From: an uncultured Oscillospiraceae bacterium
Lineage (GTDB): Bacteria > Bacillota > Clostridia > Oscillospirales > Oscillospiraceae
Direction of reading: 5' to 3'
Assembly (NCBI GenBank): GCA_934589185.1
Contig: CAKTNQ010000001.1
Span: 35,433-99,432, forward strand
DNA: 64,000 nucleotides
Made by a program: the position numbers and the translations under genes. Within the stretch, counting starts at the first letter, position 1. Each line of letters begins with the position of its first letter. Shown piece after piece: positions 61,801 through 64,000 of the stretch. The notes beneath the pieces were generated by a model, which saw only the letters and a program-made list of their open reading frames with translations, had not been told where the DNA came from and made no database searches.

Positions 61801-64000
61801 GCGCGTGGACGCCCATCCACTACTTCGCCGGCAGCTTTGACGGCCGCGGCCACACCGTCTCCGGTGTGCGCATCGGCACCGAGCTTGCGCCGCTCGAGCA
61901 GAGCAGCGTCGGCTTCTTCGACGTGCTTTCAAACGGTTCCAGCCTCGCAAACTTGCACCTGACCAACGTTGCCGTGTACGGCAAGCTCACCGGGGACTGG
62001 GATCGTCCGTTTGTCGGCGGTCTGGTCGGCGGCTCGCTCGGCATGGGCAAGAATGCACGCATCGATCACTGCTCCGTCGCCGGCGGCATTGTCAGCGCGG
62101 AGGGCAGGCAGTGGGCATATGGCGGCGGCCTGACCGCGTCGCTTTATCTCGATGCCTATCTCACCAACTCCTGGACGGATGTGACCGTGCAGGTCAAGTC
62201 CGCCAACGGCCTGTGCTCGGCCGGCGGCCTCGTTGCCACGAACTCCAACGGCACCATGATCGCCAACTGCGCCGCCCTCGGCGGTGTGACGGCCATCTCG
62301 GGCTACACGACCTCTTCCAAGGTCAGTGCCTCCGTCGGCGGTCTCGTCGGCCAGGGGACCGGCATGTTCCACAACTGCTACGCTGCCGGCAATGTCGCGC
62401 TGACAATGGCCATCACGCCGGATGAACCGGCTGTGGGCAGCCTCATCGGCCAGATGTCCACGAGCCGCAGCTACAATGGCATCGTCACCGACTGCTACTA
62501 CAACAGCAAGGCCACCGTGACCGTCAACGGCACGGCCGGCACTGCGGTTGCCTTCGGCGATCTTGTCAGCGACGACACGAACAACGTCGCCGGTGCGGAC
62601 ACGTCCAGCGCCGCCTTTGCCGACACCATGAACCGCGGTCTCACGGTCGAGGGCCTCGCCGCCACAGACAAGTTCCTTACGAGCAATGACATCGGCTTCA
62701 CGACCGATATGCTCATTGCCATGCGTCCTGCCGCGTGGTACGGCTGGGAAGTGCGCAACGGCAAGACTGTGCTCGGCGCGGACGTCTTTGTCCAGCCCGA
62801 CGCGCCGGTGCTCGACTTCTTCGAGCGCGGCTCCGGCACGGAGGCCGACCCCTGGGTCATCCAAAACCTTGACCAGCTCAAGGCGTTTGCGGCCTCGTTT
62901 GCAAAGACGGATTACTCCGGCAAATACATCGTCCTCGGCGCGGACATTGACCTCGCCGGCGAAGCCTGGACGCCGATCGGCCACATGGCCAACGGCACGC
63001 AGGCCTTCCGCGGCAGCTTCGACGGCCAGGGTCACAAGATCTCCAACATGACCATCGGCAGCAAGGCCGCCCCGGTCGGCGCGGAAGCGCGCATTTACTT
63101 CGGCCTGTTCGCGGCGCTCATGAACGGCTCCGTCGTGGAAAACCTCGGCCTGGAGAACGTCAACGTCCACCTCACGGCCGATAAAGAGTCCGCTATCGGT
63201 GGCGCACTGGCCGGCTGCTGCGATCTTGCCGTCATCAACAACTGCTGGGCGACCGGTGACATCACCGCGCGCACCGAAGACGGCAGCTACGCCAACAACA
63301 GCTTCGCCGGCGGCCTGATTGGCTACAGTCAGCGCAGCTACATCCTCAATTCCTGGACCGACGTAACGCTGGACGCCTTCTGCAAGACGGCCAACGCCGA
63401 GGCCGGCGGCATCACTGCCATGAACGCCTTCGGCATGATCGTCAACTGCTACACGCTCGGCGACATCTCCGGTGAGACCGACCGCGAGAATGTGGACGAC
63501 GGTGGCGTGACCTACCTCGGCGGCATCGCTGGCTGCCAGGCCGGCACCATTGCCAACTGCTACACCACCAGCAATCTCACCTCCCGCAGCTGGACGCGCT
63601 ATGTCGGCGCCATCGCCGGTATGGCCACCGCCATCAGCGAGAGCTACGACACCTACTTCAGCGACGGCGCGCGGCTGACCATCAAGGATCAGACGTTTGA
63701 CCCGCCGGTCGCGTTCGGCAGCCAGGTCCCGTCCGGCTACAATGAGGACGGCGAATTCATGAACGGCTCGTTTGTCAGCAACGTTGAGGCGCTCCCGGCC
63801 GGGGACATGACCGCGCAGGCGCTCGCCGACAAGCTCAACGGCAACTTCGGCGCGTTCCCGATCTCCGAGGACGATCTGCCCGCTGCGCTGCGCACCTGGA
63901 CGATCCAGAACGGCGCCGTCGTGTTCGGCACCGGCACCGCGAGCATTACCTATGTCCCGGTCGAGCGTCCGGATCCGAGCATCAACTATGATTACAAGGA
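58878..64000 (+). CDS. giant secreted/lipoprotein: N-terminal FMN-binding domain plus at least 4 GLUG-motif modules (3' end outside the window)
   Basis: Open frame from ATG 58878 (AGGAGG at 58858-58863) to the window end; it is not in the ORF track because no stop is reached. Signal peptide MNKTITKRLLSLVLLVVMLVGC(lipobox)ALPAYA. FMN_bind-like domain with EIDGVSGATMSS. Repeated GGLVG/GGIVG (GLUG) motifs. Confidence 0.85.
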   Translation, partial: MNKTITKRLLSLVLLVVMLVGCALPAYAVDTGASGDLTAAYALRGTAYKDGVYEGTGKGFKDGEIKVKVTITDGKIAKVELVSQEKQSYWDSKNVSSLFDEIVKANSTEIDGVSGATMSSNGVKAAVNDALSKALVTAPEQPGGSIFAAGTGAKSDPYLIRTVDQLKAFAASVNGGETYASQYVTLDADLDLTGESWTPIGGDNGSFNGIFNGDNHTIAGLAIGTKAESAACAYAGLFGLVGQGGAIRNLGVKDAFINNKTTDEDPAVGILAAATGESSVIDGCWVSGTIVSDAAGDNNYTYVGGVVGNGGGKSLVCNTWADVQIAAKGSDTGAGGIVGWTSNDSAVINCAAFGTIGNYCDGSMMYGAGGIVGYSCGAIYACYSDVTLHMDAMSDAGDGSDVPIGGIAGSPAALTAAYRCWFNADAAQTYYGDEAVAEPVAVGYDMLNYSVSDQEECAGLTSAELTSGVLATKLADALTEEKLADAQAYFSDKAVGLLGNGVTMNSLLSMSENGWNSWQVENGRLLPTGEGSNQPVDPSDFFAGGEGTQADPYRIETEAQLRGFAEATQSGKLSTTNLYIRLDADIALSEEAWTPIAKFGGSFDGDGHTVSGMTIGTSAQPSERTSAGFFETLANGASVSNLKLTDVSVNVARTGSSLDDAVYAGGLVGGGQTMGADVRIDNCSVTGGTISASSGMHVYAGGLAARLGGTNYVTNCYADIDITAASSKYVASAGGLVGTFGSSSFVGNCAALGAVAASGNSQEYNRVRAGGLLASAPFLTENCYASGNVTLTNASSDYDAYAGTLIGEQSGSAVVDSHYSSKAVLTVNGESKDLIAVGKTPSSWYSGINYNKITAQDDVTNDAFAAVLNQGISAEGLAATDEYLINSGKFSGYTAEGLAAMRPAVWQRWGAADGKVLPGVKAKSIFASGTGTKDDPFVIETEAQLRAFAASTIGDNAVDYAGQYIALDADITLNGAWTPIHYFAGSFDGRGHTVSGVRIGTELAPLEQSSVGFFDVLSNGSSLANLHLTNVAVYGKLTGDWDRPFVGGLVGGSLGMGKNARIDHCSVAGGIVSAEGRQWAYGGGLTASLYLDAYLTNSWTDVTVQVKSANGLCSAGGLVATNSNGTMIANCAALGGVTAISGYTTSSKVSASVGGLVGQGTGMFHNCYAAGNVALTMAITPDEPAVGSLIGQMSTSRSYNGIVTDCYYNSKATVTVNGTAGTAVAFGDLVSDDTNNVAGADTSSAAFADTMNRGLTVEGLAATDKFLTSNDIGFTTDMLIAMRPAAWYGWEVRNGKTVLGADVFVQPDAPVLDFFERGSGTEADPWVIQNLDQLKAFAASFAKTDYSGKYIVLGADIDLAGEAWTPIGHMANGTQAFRGSFDGQGHKISNMTIGSKAAPVGAEARIYFGLFAALMNGSVVENLGLENVNVHLTADKESAIGGALAGCCDLAVINNCWATGDITARTEDGSYANNSFAGGLIGYSQRSYILNSWTDVTLDAFCKTANAEAGGITAMNAFGMIVNCYTLGDISGETDRENVDDGGVTYLGGIAGCQAGTIANCYTTSNLTSRSWTRYVGAIAGMATAISESYDTYFSDGARLTIKDQTFDPPVAFGSQVPSGYNEDGEFMNGSFVSNVEALPAGDMTAQALADKLNGNFGAFPISEDDLPAALRTWTIQNGAVVFGTGTASITYVPVERPDPSINYDYK
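59010..59285 (+). other. FMN-binding (flavinylation-type) domain within the giant protein
   Basis: GVYEGTGKGFKDGEIKVKVTITDGKIAKVELVSQ...EIDGVSGATMSSNGVKAAVNDAL. The Dxx(S/T)GA(T/S) flavinylation motif has its Thr codon at 59226-59228. Confidence 0.7.
59307..64000 (+). repeat. four tandem ~390-aa protein modules (divergent at DNA level)
   Basis: Modules start at 59307, 60495, 61647 and 62814. Each opens with G(T/S)G.xxDP(Y/F/W).I.T..QL.(A/G)FA and closes with a W..(W/R).(V/I).NG...(P/L)G-type tail. Confidence 0.75.

Overview
The window is a high-GC (about 65%) Firmicutes/Clostridia-type chromosomal segment. The evidence is T-box leaders on pheST and asnB, alr-mazF linkage, many SLH-anchored surface proteins, and strong Gram-positive SD sites and -35/-10 boxes. 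I saw no rRNA, CRISPR, transposase, integrase or phage genes.

Layout, left to right:
- (1) 1-8.4 kb: a visibly lower-GC island. It carries a LysR-controlled, Na+-linked dicarboxylate module: a DASS symporter and acyl-CoA dehydrogenase on the minus strand, and gcdD-gcdC-gcdB, a family III CoA-transferase and gcdA on the plus strand.
- (2) 8.4-11.5 kb: an NSS transporter and an SLH-anchored GH25 muramidase.
- (3) 11.5-21.5 kb: a nitrogen-donor cluster. An ANTAR regulator is co-oriented with pyrG-purB-purA and divergent from a type III glutamine synthetase that has a leader terminator. A T-box-controlled asnB and a GNAT follow.
- (4) 21.5-37 kb: mixed housekeeping and accessory genes. These are an SLH protein, a fused MacB-type ABC transporter, trkA, an MBL hydrolase, pcrA, an EamA transporter, a HAD phosphatase, two tRNA-Ser, a decayed hydrolase/RHH scar, an aminotransferase, a SUFU-like protein, Crp/Fnr plus a 2x[4Fe-4S] protein, and tRNA-Gln.
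- (5) 37-47.6 kb: ireB, pheT-pheS with a T-box, nnrD, a lipoprotein, alr, a mazF with no antitoxin gene, two unknown proteins, pdp and an SGNH hydrolase.
- (6) 47.6-52.3 kb: an EF-G paralogue lacking the catalytic His and the NKxD Asp, directly downstream of a P1B-ATPase-like membrane protein lacking DKTGT.
- (7) 52.3-55.3 kb: rlmB, a rhomboid-like/Zn-ribbon protein, a DapF-fold protein and a small Zn-ribbon protein.
- (8) 55.3-64 kb: a surface-protein locus. A clan-CD-like cysteine peptidase has 4-Cys modules and three SLH domains, and sits behind a 25% GC leader with four phased TTAGA/TCTAA half-sites. It is followed by a giant secreted protein (over 1700 aa, running off the window) with an N-terminal FMN-binding (flavinylation-motif) domain and at least four ~390-aa GLUG-type modules.

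The most interesting candidates are the FMN-domain/GLUG giant protein, the paired degenerate NTPases, the gcd island, the ANTAR/glnN arrangement and the orphan mazF.

All functional calls come from reading the translated ORFs and from remembered family motifs. No database search was run.
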